A stretch of DNA of 64,000 nt from Lytechinus pictus (taxonomy: Eukaryota), in NCBI RefSeq assembly GCF_037042905.1, contig NC_087252.1, forward strand, positions 23,190,001-23,254,000, given 5' to 3'. A program made the translations under genes and the position numbers. Numbering within the stretch: the stretch's first letter is position 1; each line of letters begins with the position of its first letter. The notes below the pieces were generated by a model that saw only the letters and a list, made by a program, of their open reading frames with translations, ran no database searches and was not told where the DNA came from. This document shows, in pieces, positions 39,435 to 53,885 of the stretch.

Positions 39435-39542
39435 CTAGAAAAAATATATCAGAAATTATAATATGCCGATTTATAAAACGTAGTTTCTTTATGGATTTAC
39501 TCTAGTGCGCCCGATCATATCATTATCCCAGCTGCACCTTAA

Positions 39543-39899
39543 AGGTCAAGTCACCCCCAGGAAAATGCTGACTTGAATAAATAGAGAAAAATCGAACTAG
39601 CATAGTGCCGAAAATTTCATCAAAATCGGATGTAAAATAAGAAAGTTATGACATTTTTAAGTTACGCTTATTTTTCACAAAACAGTTATATGCACAACTA
39701 GGTGAGTCAGTCGATGATGTCCCTCACTCACTATTTCTTTTGTTTTTTATTATTTGAATTATACAATATATCATTTTTTTATAGGTAGGAAGTAATTCCT
39801 TAAAAAGCTGTGTGCGCTATGAACGCCTAGCTTAGCCGGGTAATATAGGAGCGCCTGAGCACCTAACAAGGTGGATATGTGCGCAATATAAATACCCTA

Positions 39900-39930
<31 letters not shown>

Positions 39931-40284
39931 GATTTTACAATAAGGACCAACTTGACTGAACCAATATATAGTATTAAACAATGCTAATTCCACATGTTCA
40001 GGGAGGAATTAATCATTGTATCACTTGACAATGATGAGAAAATTCGAATATTTCATATTTCAAATAATAAAATACAAAAGAAATAGTGAGTGGATGACAT
40101 CATAGTCTCCTCATTTGCATACCAGCCAGGATGTGCATATAACTGTTTTGTGAAATTAAGCCAAACTTTAAAATGTCATAACTTTCTTATTTTACATCCG
40201 ATTTTGATGGAATTTTCAGTGTTATGCTTGTTGGATTTTTCTCTTTTTATTCAAATCAACTTTGTGTTGGAATGGACTTGTCCT
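39543..40284. mobile_element. TTAA-flanked MITE (family of 23739-25299) with a nested SINE 3' fragment
   Basis: ttaa|aggtcaagtc...ggacttgtcct|ttaa; SINE tail with (TAT)n at about 39785-39928. Confidence 0.75.
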
Positions 40285-41398
40285 TTAAGAAAAAATATTT
40301 ATCTATAAGCATTATTATAAAAAAAAGCTTAACTTATCATACAGACTAGTTGGTAGTAGACCATGTGGATATTAGGCAAAATGGGTAAAGTCTCTTTGGA
40401 AATGAGACAAAATGGACTCATTGGTAATCAAACCTAATGCTTAGCAGACAAACTGGTTGTAGTCGTAGGTTTGTATCCCACCGCTGCCACCACGACATTA
40501 AGTAACATAGGAGATGGGGAAACCCGTTACAGAAATAACACTTTTATTACACCATTTTTGGGCAAAACCTCATTTATAGTGCCCGACCATCGTAAAAGGG
40601 GCGATTAAGACATCTACCCTCGCCGAGGGCGACATTTCACAAAACACATCAGATATAATAACTGGCGAAGATCATGTGGGATGACACCATACTGCAAGAA
40701 GAAAAAGCAAAATCGACCAAACCAGGGCCCTGTCCACGGATGATTATTCTACTGGGGGTGCTGCATGAGCATTGTCACAGCACCCCAAGTAACAATAGAT
40801 AATCCTCCGTGGCCTGGGGATGTTTCACTTAGATTTAAGTATGACTTAGGTTGCACTTAAATGCCGACGCGTGCATGATATGCAACACACGCAATCTAAT
40901 TGATCAATACGCAGTAGTGTGCGTCCTCTCGGCATGATCTGGCCAATACTGCCATGCCTTTTATACCACGTGCACCTAGACATTTAAGTGCGACTCTAAG
41001 TCATATTTAAATCTTTTTAAAACACCCCCCAGGTCCATGGACCAAACCAGTGGCGTAACGAGAAGGGGCCAAACATGGAGTATCGTGCAAGATTTTTTGT
41101 AAAGTAGACCTTTTCAATACAAATATATCAGTTTACCAAAGATTTTATTAAATTTTCACAAAAATAATACCTTATGTCACCTCTTCCCTTTTTCCTTTTT
41201 TTTCTTGTTCCTGAATTTTTTTAAGGTCAATGCCCCTAACCAACATCAGTACGCAAGGGGGCCACGTAACAGAAGGCTTAGCAATGATTGTAGACACATT
41301 TTTCTATGATTGATTCCATTGACTACAATGTACAAGTAATCATGAAAATCAAGCGTATGATTAATCGCTATGCTTTGTGTTACGGTACCCAGCCTTAC

Positions 41399-41521
41399 CT
41401 TCAACTTGGCAGCCTATTTCATCTTCTCCTTCTGAGCACTGCTCTAGGCCGTTACACTGGGAATGCTCAGGAAGGCATTCACCGTTCTTACATTCAAAAT
41501 GGTACTCTCTGCAGTTTGAAG
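41399..41521 (-). CDS. LDLa exon 8
   Basis: 123 nt; SSNCREYHFECKNGECLPEHSQCNGLEQCSEGEDEIGCQVE. Confidence 0.92.
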
Positions 41522-41675
41522 CTGCACATAAGAAACAGGTATTGAAAGACAGAGAGAGAGAGAGAGAGAGAATTAGATAGATAGAAAATAAGAGAAATGG
41601 AAAGACAAAAAATAGAGAGATGGTGACATAGAAGGAGATACAGATCGATGAGACAGAGAAGGAGATAAAAGTTAA

Positions 41676-42430
41676 CCCTAATTCTCCCGGGGGGGGGGGG
41701 GGGGCCATGATGGCCCCCCCCCTCGACAATTTTCGCGATATATCTGCTGCGCAAAATTTTTTGACCTCGCCGCTCACTGACTTCTTTATTTCAAGTCTCG
41801 CGCAAATTTTGAGACCAAATTTGTGATGCCCAGGTACGCGGTTACGACATTACGCAACATTATGTAAGTGCATGTCAGACAATTGCTCATAAACGTGATT
41901 TCATGTACAAATCCAATGCAGATTGTGTATTAGCCAAAATTCATAAATGTATATTTATTTCTACTTTTACTGATAAAACTTAATTAATTTTGCCTTGTTT
42001 ATGATCAGAATTAAGTCTGGAACGATATCCATTGAAAAAACAATAAAAAAAACAAAAAGTAAAAAAACAAAGAAATAAAAAAACCAATAAGATACATAAG
42101 AAATCGGACTTGGTACCAGAATTTTTTTCATTCACAATTGTTAGGAATGCTATAAAGAATATTTTTACCAAAAAATAGCATTCTAGGAGCTTTATTTAGT
42201 GAATCAGAGCAAAAAGTATGATTTCATGAATAAATTAGCATAATTCATAAAAATAAAAATATATGAATTCAGTGAAATTTACCAATACAACTGCGTAGAT
42301 TACGTCATTCTCTACCATCATGCAAATTTTCGTTGTGATCACGCAATCCGTGGCTGAGATCTCAAGGGGGGCCATAATGGCCCCCCCCCCCCGGAATGAC
42401 AAGAATAAAAATACCCCGGGAGATTTAGGG
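41676..42430. mobile_element. piggyBac-like MITE, inverted close relative of 270-1035
   Basis: TTAA|CCCTAATTCTCCCGG...CCGGGAGATTTAGGG|TTAA. Confidence 0.82.
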
Positions 42431-42507
42431 TTAAGGATTAAGCTAACATCACAGTAATCTTATGTTCTGGTAGTAATCAGTAATAACCAGTTATCAGAGT
42501 GATTTAA

Positions 42508-43102
42508 AGGGGAATCCAGCCTTGGCCATAAAATGTTGTGTTGGGAAGGAGAAAAATAGATTAAACAGAATGGTGAAAGTTTGAAAGAAATCGGACAAGC
42601 TATAAGAAAGTTATAGCTGCTTTAAAATTGAGATCACTAATACTATGTAGATTTCAAATTGGCAACTGGGTAAGTAAATTATGACAAGGGGCAAGGACAA
42701 CTTTCCCATAGGCCATGTACTTTATTATCAGGGATTTGTGGTTTTCTCCTAAGTACCCATTCCCCTGGGGCAGTAATCTAAATATAACCTAGGTAGTATA
42801 TTGTTTTATGTCCTCATGAAAGAAAAATATAATTTGAAATAAAACTTTTAGGAAAAATGACATTTTAGCCATAATATGTATTGGAGTACATGGAAGAGTA
42901 GTCCTTGCCTTACATCACTATGACATCCCATATGCGGCCAATTTGAAGTCTCCATGGGTATAGTGATTACCAATATTTACAACTTTTACAAATTCATAAC
43001 TTTCTTGTTGTTTGTCCAATATTGTTGAAACTTTCACCTATCAACTTGTCTGATTTTTCTTTTCCTTATAAAAACAAGTTTTTATTTGGGTTGGATTCCC
43101 CT
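42508..43102. mobile_element. TTAA-flanked MITE
   Basis: ttaa|aggggaatcca...tggattcccct|ttaa; very similar to about 35940-36533. Confidence 0.78.
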
Positions 43103-43285
43103 TTAAACCTTAGAATATCTTTACAGGGTCATTATAGAAATATACTTTTGCAATTCAAAAGTCCATGTCTCGATCATTCTTAGGGACTAAATTCATCAAC
43201 TGTACCCAAAATCCTTTGATATAAATATTCATAAAAAATTGGTAGGTGGGATGAAACTAAAGAAATAAAGGATAAATCAACTTAC

Positions 43286-43417
43286 AACATCCATGTTCGT
43301 CTTCTCCGTTGGAAGGACAGTCCCGATGACCATCACATCGATAGCTTAGTGGAATACAGTACAGTCCATCATGACATGCCCATTCGTTAGAATTACAGAC
43401 CACTGGGGGAGGAATGA
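43286..43417 (-). CDS. LDLa exon 7
   Basis: 132 nt; LIPPPVVCNSNEWACHDGLYCIPLSYRCDGHRDCPSNGEDEHGC. An in-frame alternative acceptor would end the exon at 43402. Confidence 0.9.
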
Positions 43418-44981
43418 CTACGGGATTGAAAGAGAGAAAAAGAGAAAGGGGTGCACTAAATACACTATAATAAGAGTAGAGCGACTCTATATTTAATCTT
43501 TGCCCGCTTTATTCGACTAGGGTCACCTACATCAGCCTGCCAACTTTGACTCGAGTCACATTGTATTCACAGTATATACAGAGTGCATTAGGTTAGTTGT
43601 TCATACACATATGCACAATAGAGTTGTCTGCATTGCATCGTACAGTATACACACACCCAAAGAATTTCTTTACAATAAACCAATCACAAGCTTATGTGAG
43701 CTGGTTTATCAGAGTCCATGCAGAACCCCTCTTAAAGTTGCACCTTGAAATTAATGTGGCACAGGAGTGATTCTGTCTGTACGTGGCAAGCAAAGAGTTA
43801 AGTAGGAACATCTACCCACACCCTTAATATGCGAGACCTTCCTGGGATGACTGTTTTTGTCCTATTTTCCGGTTCATATGAAAAGTTGTAATGATTTCAA
43901 AGAGAAGAATGTAAAGTGTAGCACGAATGGAGAAGAAAGGGGGCCATGATTTTAATAAAGAACTTATTTTAAGAATAAGCCCACTTTAGACAATTAATGA
44001 AAAAGAAGATTTATCTATTGCTTTCTTTAGCTAACGCAGCAATAAACAGCCCAAAACGCACAGGATGTGAGCCAGGCTTTAATTGGAACTCCCCATAACT
44101 CAACTTTTCAAAAGTATGTGCCACATCTTTTAGCAATAATCCCAATATAAAAGTACTATGACCCGTATTCTGAAGTCAGGTTTATATAACTTAGGGCACG
44201 GTCTAACTCTGTGCTAAATTATGGGGAGCCAAAATAAAAAATTATGTTTATATTCTATATTTCTCATTTTGATTCCTTTTGCTTCCATAATAAGGAAAAA
44301 AAATACTTCAAATATAGTTATCATTTCCAGACAATTATGAATAATTTGAGTGTCAAATTAGTGAATGAATTGGATGTGTACTTTGAGGGATTCGTGCCCA
44401 TATTGGCTGTCCATCCCAGGGGGAGGCAGTCAAAGGTATTGCTGTACACATGTGTGACCAAAATAATCCAAACACCCTCAAAATGAGTTTTTTTTCTGTG
44501 TGCAAAATAACCCCCTAAACAAGTTTTTTGTGGGCTTTATTTACGCATTTTGGCCCCTAAACAAGTTGTTGCAAGAATACGACCCCTAAACAAGTTTTGT
44601 CTACTTGCTAACAATAAGCTTGAATAGACAAAACTATATTCATGGGGGGAAAAAAACATACCCTAAAAACGTTTGACCCCGCGATTGACCATTTATCTTG
44701 TCTTTTTTATACCTTTAACGAGTGCACGCACTGCCCGCGTTTAAAACTGAAAAAACACCAATTTAAACATGTTTTTTTTTTATTGGTCATGCATGTGAAC
44801 AGCAATATATTTGACTGACCACCCCAGGCTCTCCATACTTAACCCCCACAACTTTAAACCAGGGTTTAATTTAAATGATAAGCCGCTTGCAGGATTCCTG
44901 CAGGATAGACATGCTCTGACTTTTGACAAGGTGCCTTCAGTCAGGTGTGGGTCTAGTCTAAAGATATAGTGATATACTCAC

Positions 44982-45326
44982 GACCAGCAGGGTACGTCGA
45001 TACGGTGGCAAAGAATCCTGGAGCGTCTGTGAAACCAGAATAGAAGTCGGCCCATACGCGGTCTGACGGTGCGTATACGGTAGTAGGAGGCACTCTCGTG
45101 TGGAACACATCAAACCCCGACGAAATATCGTAATAATCGTGCCCCGTTCCAAAAATGAGAGAGGCTCCTTCGGCGAGGTCGAAGAGCGTGAACTCAAACT
45201 TGATGTGCTTGCTAGGGTCGGGGGATGAGAAGGTGTAGGGGAAGAATGTGCTGTTGCCAGGATAGTTTGCAGGATAGAGAGGGGACGTGAACGTATGAGA
45301 AGTATCCACTAAGACATCTTGGTGAA
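44982..45326 (-). CDS. CUB-like exon C3 (type B)
   Basis: 345 nt; VHQDVLVDTSHTFTSPLYPANYPG...FEFTLFDLAEGASLIFGTG...RVWADFYSG...PGFFATVSTYPAG. Confidence 0.9.
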
Positions 45327-46600
45327 CTGGAAAATAAGAAAAAATACAAAAATTAGGGTAGGAATTTACACAATATATTTTAACAGACCTGTCTATTAGT
45401 GTCATGCATTACAAAGACTCCCACATTAGGGACTCTAGCTTGTTCATCCAAGCAAATCTTTCTCATGCATGTTCCACAGCCTATCCCAATATATAAATTA
45501 TGCATAATGCCTGTAACCTTGTGCCCAATTAATCACGGAAAATCTTGTGCATACACTGTAGCTGTACTTGACATCTCTGTTTGAGTTGAAAAAAAGCCAA
45601 ATTTGCAAGAAAGAAACGTCAGAATATCTTACATTTTCTGACTTTTTCGATAACAACATCTTTCATAGGACTTTAAGCCAAGTTTGAAGTCGAGGCCTCA
45701 AACCGTTTTACTAATCAGAAGAACAGGATATTTTTGTGTATATAAAGGACAACTGAAACATTTGACCGGTGAGTTTGTAACCCCCACCCCCCAAATAAAT
45801 CCTTCTTTTTGCATTCCGGTATGCATATTTACATGACCCAAATTTTAAGTTGATCCATTAAATTATTCTTTAGTTATTACAAAATCAAAAGGGGACAGAC
45901 TCACCAAGAACCTGAAAACATAAATGCTTCTGGCATATAACATAGCTGACACAGTTAAAGGTATTGTGTAACTTTGTGAGCAGCCGATTTAAAAAATTCT
46001 CAAACCAAGATGAAACATGTGTACAAGTGCATGTATTAGAACTAATAAACCCTGAAAACAACCATTATTGAGAATGAAAAGCTAAAACTACAGGGCAAAC
46101 CCCGATTTTGTAAATAGGCGTCTTATAGATGCCTAAATAGTACACATAAGTGTATGGGATGAAATTAAGATGGAGTTTTCGGTCACTTTATATTTCAATT
46201 TTTGAAGCACTAAATAATTATTTTCGAACGCAATTTTTTCTGGGCTTCATTTTTGTAACATATCACAGACACAGGTGACAAGTGTGACCTTCTAGCTCAG
46301 ATTTTTTAAAAGTCAAACCAATGTTAACCAATCACTTTAAGCCCAATGTGTTTATATAGTCCCATACATGTATAAATTTGTGTGCAAAAGGCTCTCACCT
46401 GGCAAACTTCTAACAAGCCATTAGCATAATTCTTGATTTCAACAACTCACGGCAAAGACATAATCCAAGGTGAATTATACACTACCTTTCCTTGTCACTC
46501 CAAGTGTGATTTACTTCAAAGTCATACTCAAGACCAGATAATAACTTTTTTTTTTTTTTTTAAATCAAGAACCAGCCCCAAAACCTAAAACATCTCTTAC

Positions 46601-46732
46601 CAATGGTAGGGTGTTCTGGGCAATTCAGTTCATCCGTGTATCCCGGATTGCAATCAGCAATAAAGTCACATAAGTAATATGAAGGTATGCAAGAGCCGTC
46701 TGGACATTCAAACTCGTTTTCACTGCATTCAT
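46601..46732 (-). CDS. LDLa exon 6
   Basis: 132 nt; NECSENEFECPDGSCIPSYYLCDFIADCNPGYTDELNCPEHPTI. Confidence 0.93.
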
Positions 46733-46824
46733 CTACAATTAGGAAGACAAGTAAAATGAATCGTGCTTGCACAATTGTTGGATTTGGCCATTTGCAATTG
46801 TTTTCAATGCATTCATCTACATTT

Positions 46825-48226
46825 GAAGAGTTTAGTTGCAAAAGGGGTTAGGTCCACTTTGGACCATTCTGAGAAAAACCATGATTTTTATTCTCACTTA
46901 TTGCAATATTCTTATGAGAAATTAAAGGAGAATGAAACTGTTGAAGCAAGTTAGCTTTTGTGAAAGCAGAAAAATCAAAGAATAAGATCAACAAAACTTT
47001 GAGTAAAATAGGACTAGCAATAAAAGAGTTATGAGCATTTGAATGTCGAGATCACTAATGCTATGGAGATCCTCCCATTGGCAATGCGACCAAGATCTGT
47101 GATGTCACACACGTACAACTCTCCCATTTGGACACTGAAAATATACCCCAAAACATCTCTTTTTGCTCATTCTAATCATATGACAAACGATTCATCAATG
47201 ATATAATGTTGTGAAACCTCCGTCTGTACTTTTCATCTCATAAAGAGAACACCTCACCTTGTGATAGACTCTATAAAAGTGAGAATATAAGTGAAATAAG
47301 TACTAAAGTAATGAGGGAGTTGTACGTGTGTGATATCACAGATCTTGGTCGCATTGCCGATGGGAGGATCTACATGGCACTAGTGATCTCAATATTCAAA
47401 TGCTCATAACTTTCTTATTATTCATTCAATCTTCCTCAAACTTTCAACAATATGTTTCTTTGATTTTTCTCTTTGATAAGGATTCAGGTGGTTTCAAGGG
47501 TTTCATTCTCCTTTAAATTGTCATGATGTACTACCCTATTATGTGAACATAAAATTGGGTATAAAAGAAATCTACCTGTCTTCAATTTTTTTCTATATAT
47601 TTAACAAAAATTATCATTGTGGACCTAACCCCTTTTGCAAGCAAACTGAAATGAATCTAATCTCTTTTGATTAAAAAAGTGATTTTTCTTTGCCACTTTC
47701 ATTCACGTTTTCTTTTTAATTCAATTTTTTTTTTGTATCATCAGAGTGACTAAAAATTTAGAGGTTTAGAGACAGAAAACAATAAAATTTATGAAAAATG
47801 GACCTAAACCCTTTTGACAAATGAGTTCTTCAGAAAAGTTTGGTTACAAAAGGGGTTAGGTCACTCCAAGAAAATCATTTTTTTTATTCTCCCTTATTGC
47901 AATATTCTTATGCGAAATTGAATTTTCATGATACCCTACCATGAGAATATAAAATTGGGTATAAAAGAAATCTACCTGTCTTAAATTTTTTAAGAGATTC
48001 TTTTCCAAAAAAAAATTCTGTGTGGACCTATCCCCTTTTGCAACTAAACTGAAATGGACCTAACCCTTTTTGAAAAAAGTGATTTTCATTTTAGTTAACT
48101 TTTTAATAGGAATTTCAACTTTTCTTTGGTATCATATTATAGAGCTACTAAAAATCTATACATTGAGACATACAAATCAAATTTGATGAAAAATGGACCT
48201 AACCCCTTTTGCAAGTGAGCTCTTCA
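46825..48226. mobile_element. TIR element with internal repeats, hosting a TTAA-flanked palindromic MITE (about 46926-47512)
   Basis: gaagag...ttgcaaaaggggttaggtcca / tggacctaaccccttttgcaa...ctcttc; nested ttaa|aggagaatgaaac...gtttcattctcct|ttaa. Confidence 0.65.
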
Positions 48227-50327
48227 TTTTTGAAGACAATTAAAGGCATATATTAAGAATTTCGTTTCCAGGGGCCCCTTGCATAAAAGTTACTATGTAA
48301 CTTTACCCTGCAATTTATTGTAACTTGCATGGAATCCTTGATTCTGATTGGCCGCTGATCAGTGTTACCATGATAGTTACCGTTGGAAGGAAAAGTTGAC
48401 ATAATAGTAACATTCATGCAAAGGGGCCAAGAATTAACATGGATTGAGCTATTAAAAAAAATCGCAATAAGAGTGCAGTGTGCACAGGTACCGGTTTTAT
48501 AAAATGCACAATTTAAAGGCTAATAAAATCACTCAAACGTCAATGAGAATTCCATAATTGATCAAAAATGAATAAGTCATCTTGGCATTGGGACTATTTT
48601 CAGTGCACTGATCTATATTCACAAAGACAAAATCATTAGAACGGCAATAGGTTTATGTAATTGGTCAATAATGCATGAGCCAGCTGGCCATTCAAACATG
48701 TTTTCAATGTATTGATTCACCTATATTTGGAAAGAAAACTTAAGGAATAGAAAACTGCCATTTGATTATCAAAGAGGTAATTGGTGTATTTAGCCATCAG
48801 GGAATTCAAACTCATTTTCAGTTCAATTGACTATATTTGGAAAAATAATGTAAGGCATGCTAAACAAATTTATTACAATATAAAATGAGATTACATTCTG
48901 GGCATTCAAATTCATTCTCGATTCATTCACCTACTTTTGGAAAAAGACTAGTAAAGGCATATGAAGTTATCTGAATATCAATGAGTCTTATATTATACAA
49001 ATAATAAATGTTTATGAGTGCAACGGACAAAATACTTCATGAGGTGAAAGATGAAATGATCCAAAATGGATCATTATTTCATCTTTCACCGAATGAAGTA
49101 TTCTGTCCATTGCACAGATGAAAAAACATTCATTATTTGGTTTATATGACACCTAAAAATTGATTTTTTTTTCATATGAAATTTATGAATTTCGGTGCAA
49201 AACATGTTCATGCAGTGCGAGTTTGGTCTGTTGATTGTTACGTCATTACAACATGCGCACTGTTGGTGCCTGCAGCTGCAGTCTCGGTGCGCGCGTGCAA
49301 TGGACAAAATCGTATGTATCCAAAATTGCACGATGAATGGTTCTAAAATTGCACAGTTGATAACATCTTTGCAAAATGGGCTGAATGAATGATATCAAAC
49401 AACCAATCAAATCACAAGGATCTATCTAGGTGTCATATAAAGTTTGTTAGGAATGCATGATCCATTTGACGCATTCATCCTCATTTCAAATGATAATTAG
49501 ATGCAAAATCATTGATCAACAAGGTTTATATATAACTGGTCAATAATTTGACTATTTTATGCATTCACTTAATTTTGGAAAAAAGACGAGTAAATTAAGG
49601 CATATGAAGTTATCTGAATAACAGTGAGTCTTAAATAGCTTGTTAAGGATGCATGATCCATTTGACGCTTTCATCCTTATTTCAAATGAAAGAAGATCAT
49701 TGATCAACAATGGTTATATATACATGTAACTGGTCAATAATTTGACTATTTCATGCTTTAGGATGCTATTCATTGAGTGTGCACAACGCACTGCTGTGAT
49801 GAGAATTATGCACTTGATACATGCTTTAAAAAGTCATGAAATTTCTTAGGAAACATTTATATACAAAACTGAATTGCTTTTAAAGTTTATTGTTGTATAG
49901 ATTCAGCAGTTTTAGGGAATGAAATGAACATTGAGTGTCCGTGAATGGTATGTTTTTGTCTGGTGGAAATGATCCATCTTATTAATCTCATTTGAAGGGA
50001 ACATAATTTTTTAAAGATGGCTTTGGTGTGCGTTAGCTAATACCAAATTACAATAAGAAAAAATAAGGATGGATTGGTGGGCAATATAAATAAAAAACAG
50101 TTTGGGGAAGATAAAAGCTTAGAAGACATATTATTCCAATGTTTTTATTTCCACCTTGTTCTCAATATCATTTAAGAAATCTCTTAAACAGACGATTATT
50201 CACCATGGTGCGATTGTAGGCAAATGTTAGGTCATTATTGGAACAAAACGTGGCAACACCAGACCCCGTATGAATAATAAGAACATGTCTTTGCTTGATC
50301 CATAAATCATCACAACAAAACACTTAC

Positions 50328-50550
50328 TTGTTGACGTTGCCGACGCATATAGTTTGTTGAATCCATACGGGCCCCCGTGCAGTTTCACCCATATTGCATG
50401 TGAAGGCGATATCACCGATATTGGTGCGACGCTTGGGACTTCACTAGTGTAGTCCAGGTAGAGTAGAGTTGTGTAAAAATTGTCTGGATCGAATCCATCC
50501 CCTACCAGTGCGTACCCTCCGACCTCAGTGGAGAAGTCATAAACATTGAT
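50328..50550 (-). CDS. CUB-like C2 (type B), second half
   Basis: 223 nt, phase 0-1; INVYDFSTEVGGYALVGDGFDPDNFY...AIWVKLHGGPYGFNKLYASATST; 122+223=345 nt, the same as the other type-B CUB exons. Confidence 0.87.
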
Positions 50551-50614
50551 CTGGGTGGCAAGAACGGTATCAACGTATAAGTAATATTTACGTTAGTGCA
50601 TCATGAACACCATC

Positions 50615-50790
50615 ATTCACCCATTAACTGGTACAGCAAAATATCAACGCATTTCACCAATTCTCCAAAAGCTACATTGGTTGCCAATCCGGAAGCGTAT
50701 AGAATTTAAAATACTTCTTCTCACTTGGAAAGTGTTAAACGGTATGGCACCAAATTATCAACAAGACCTTGTCGTGCCTTATACACCAGC
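50615..50790 (+). mobile_element. LINE (L2/CR1-group) ORF2 C-terminal fragment
   Basis: RISPILQKLHWLPIRKRIEFKILLLTWKVLNGMAPNY is typical of the post-RT region of L2/CR1 elements; similar tails at about 19975-20080 and 21580-21700. Confidence 0.8.
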
Positions 50791-52331
50791 TGGCAGGCCT
50801 CCCCAAATTCTATATTCCTTGATGGTTTGTAAGATATGTGCATATTGAAGGAATGTAATACCAAAATCAGCAAGCTATCTTCTTATGTATAATTAAGATC
50901 ATCATTATTGTAAGAATAGTAATTTTAATCATCATTAAAACTATTATCATCATTATCACATATAATAGATTCATTATCATCAGCATAATAATAATAGGCC
51001 TTTATAAAAAATTGCACCATCTATCTAGAAATAATCTATTCCGAGGCGCATTGTTATTATCATTATTACCCCAGCTTTAGCTAAATTAAGCTCAAGCAGC
51101 CGTCCAGCGCTCAGTGCATTTCAAGGAATTAATCCTGCTGGGCACCCATTCACCTTACCTGGGTTGAGTGCAGCAAAATGTGGATAAATTTTAAGGAAAC
51201 ATGCCATGGCTGGGATTTGAACCCACGTCCCTCAGATTGAGACACGAGAGTCGTAACCACTAGACCAGGATGCCCCCATGGAATCATTATTTAACCTTAT
51301 TTATGGAATTAAAATTCAACCTTAAAACCCATTCACATACTTGAAGCCTTCAAAGTTCAACAGATAAACTTTTGTTCCAGATCTCCTATTGCAAACCAAA
51401 AGTCACACTTGGCAATGGAATAACCTGCCAATTGACACAAGAACATGGTTCCCAGCTTTTCAAGAAAACAAACTTCCCTGATTTTTCCCTGATGAAGTTT
51501 TTAAAATTCCCTGATAATTATTTGAACCCATTCCCAGTTTCGCATGTTTTCTAAGTTGATGCAGTGAACTACATGTAAAAAAAAACCCCCCAAAACCCCA
51601 CCATAACCAGTCATTCAATGGATATTGTTTTGATATGCAACAAAATAAAATGGAGTCTGACTGACGACTGTGCTTTCGACTTTTGGGCCTGATTTGAGGT
51701 AAATTTTATCAAATTCCCTGATTTCCCTGACGGGCTGGGAACCCTCGGCTGAATAAGCTCTTCGTCTCTGTCAATCTTCAAATTGAAATTGAAAAACTTT
51801 CTCTTTAGTTCAAAAAAATGTGGTGAACATGCAGAATTAAGTAAAACGATCTCTGAGTATTAAAGTGCAGCTGAATATATTCATACAAAAGCTACACTAT
51901 ACCTATTTGTATTTATTATCATAATCTTTATTATTATTATTATTATCATTTAGATTTTCAGATTTAGATTTAGATTCAGATTTATTTCCAACAGAAATGA
52001 CATAAATATTGATACAAATCATTTTCATGCATTTATAACAAATATTTACGATAATAATCATTATCATGATTATATATAAAAAACATCAATGATAATTAAC
52101 ATATAAAGATATATACAAAATATGATGCATTTTGTAGACGAAAAATATATTATAATTGAAATACAAATAAGGGTATCTGTGGAAATGGGAGATTCACTCA
52201 AAGGCATAGCTTGTATAATGTGAACCCCCCTCAAGGAAAAGAAAAGAGGAGAGAGAGAGATTGTTATCATTATCATCATTATCATTATCATCATTATCAC
52301 TATTAATATACAATTACTATGGCAGGCCTAC

Positions 52332-52453
52332 CCGAATTCTATATCCTTCGATGGTTTGGAAGGTGAAGACGTAGAACACGTTCATCCCGTAATCATTAGG
52401 ATAGTTGGGGGATGTGAAATTCAAGGTTTGTCCTGGACTTAAAACCTGGGCAT
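52332..52453 (-). CDS. CUB-like C2 (type B), first half
   Basis: 122 nt, phase 1-0; DAQVLSPGQTLNFTSPNYPNDYGMNVFYVFTFQTIEGYRIR; donor gtaggc. Confidence 0.88.
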
Positions 52454-53885
52454 CTGCAGATAAATTACACACAAAAAGCCATATAGATTACAGATAAATT
52501 CTGGTATTGGGAACAACAGAAAATAAAATGTCAATAGAATTTAAAAAAAAACTTACACAGAATTATAAAAATTATGAATAAATGATATCTGCCAAAGTAT
52601 TTTTCATTGGAAACTTGGACATCAATGATGTGGAGCTCATCCGGCATCTCGCAAAGAATTTTGAACACAATTTTTAATTTCAGCCCAGCTGACACTATAG
52701 TGAATTATATTGGTGACATAAATTGAGGAAATAGAATTGAAATTGATGAATAAATGATAGAGAAGAAGCATTTTTTGTGATTTATGAATAAAATTTTGTA
52801 TGAATACGCATAAATAATTTTCTAGTAAAAATTTCTAAATTCCGTGTAAAACCTTAGTGAACCTTATGTACATGTAGCTCTCAGATGGAACAAAAAAAAA
52901 ATCAAAATTGGTCAACAAATAAATAAGAAGCATTTTTTGTGAGTTCTGAAAAATGTGCATAAATTAGCATAATTAATAAGTTTAAAAATTTTGTGTAGAG
53001 CTATCATATAAAGCAAACAAAATTTAAATTGATCAACAAATAAAGGAGAAAAATCATTTTTTTGTGATTTATGTATAAATTTTGCATAAATTAGCATAAT
53101 TTCCTAGTCAAAATTTCAAAAAATTCTGTGTGGAAGTTTGGTGACCCTCATGTAGCTCTACCAGATGGAAGAAAAAAAAAATCAAAATCGGTCAACAAAT
53201 AAAGAAGAGGCATTTTCAGTGATTTACTGTATGAATAAATTTTGTATAAATTAGCATAACCAATTTACTACTCAAAATTCTGGGTAGAAGTTACGTGAAC
53301 CTCATAAAGGGCTACCAGAACAGAGCAAAAAATTAAAATCTGTCAACAAATAAAGGAGAAGCATTTTTTGTGAATTTTGAAAAAGGCGCATGAATTAGCA
53401 TATTTAATGAGTTTCAAAATTCTGTGTAGAAGTTTTGACTTCCCCACCTAGTGCTATCATATAAAGCAAACAGAATTGAAATCGGACTTGAAATGACGAA
53501 GAAGAAGCATTTTGAAATTGTGGATGGACGACAGACGACACGCCACGGCATAAGCTATCTGGCCCTTTGGGCCCGATGGGCTATAAATTATCCACGTACC
53601 ACATTCCTATTTAAAACCTCGGTGGAGAGTGGCAAAATGTGGACTCATGCCTCATAAAAGGATGCTAGACAATGAGGGGATTTGAAAAAAGAAAAAAAAA
53701 ATGAATCCACGAAGTATGGCCATGCATGCATATTACATTAAACTTGTTATAATAAAACAATCATTTGCAATAGCATTTTAAAGCTACTGAAATCATTCGA
53801 TTGATTGGCTGAAGGAAATTGTTTATATTATTATAACAAGTCTTTATGAAACAGTACCCTACATGTAAATGTACACTGTATTTAC

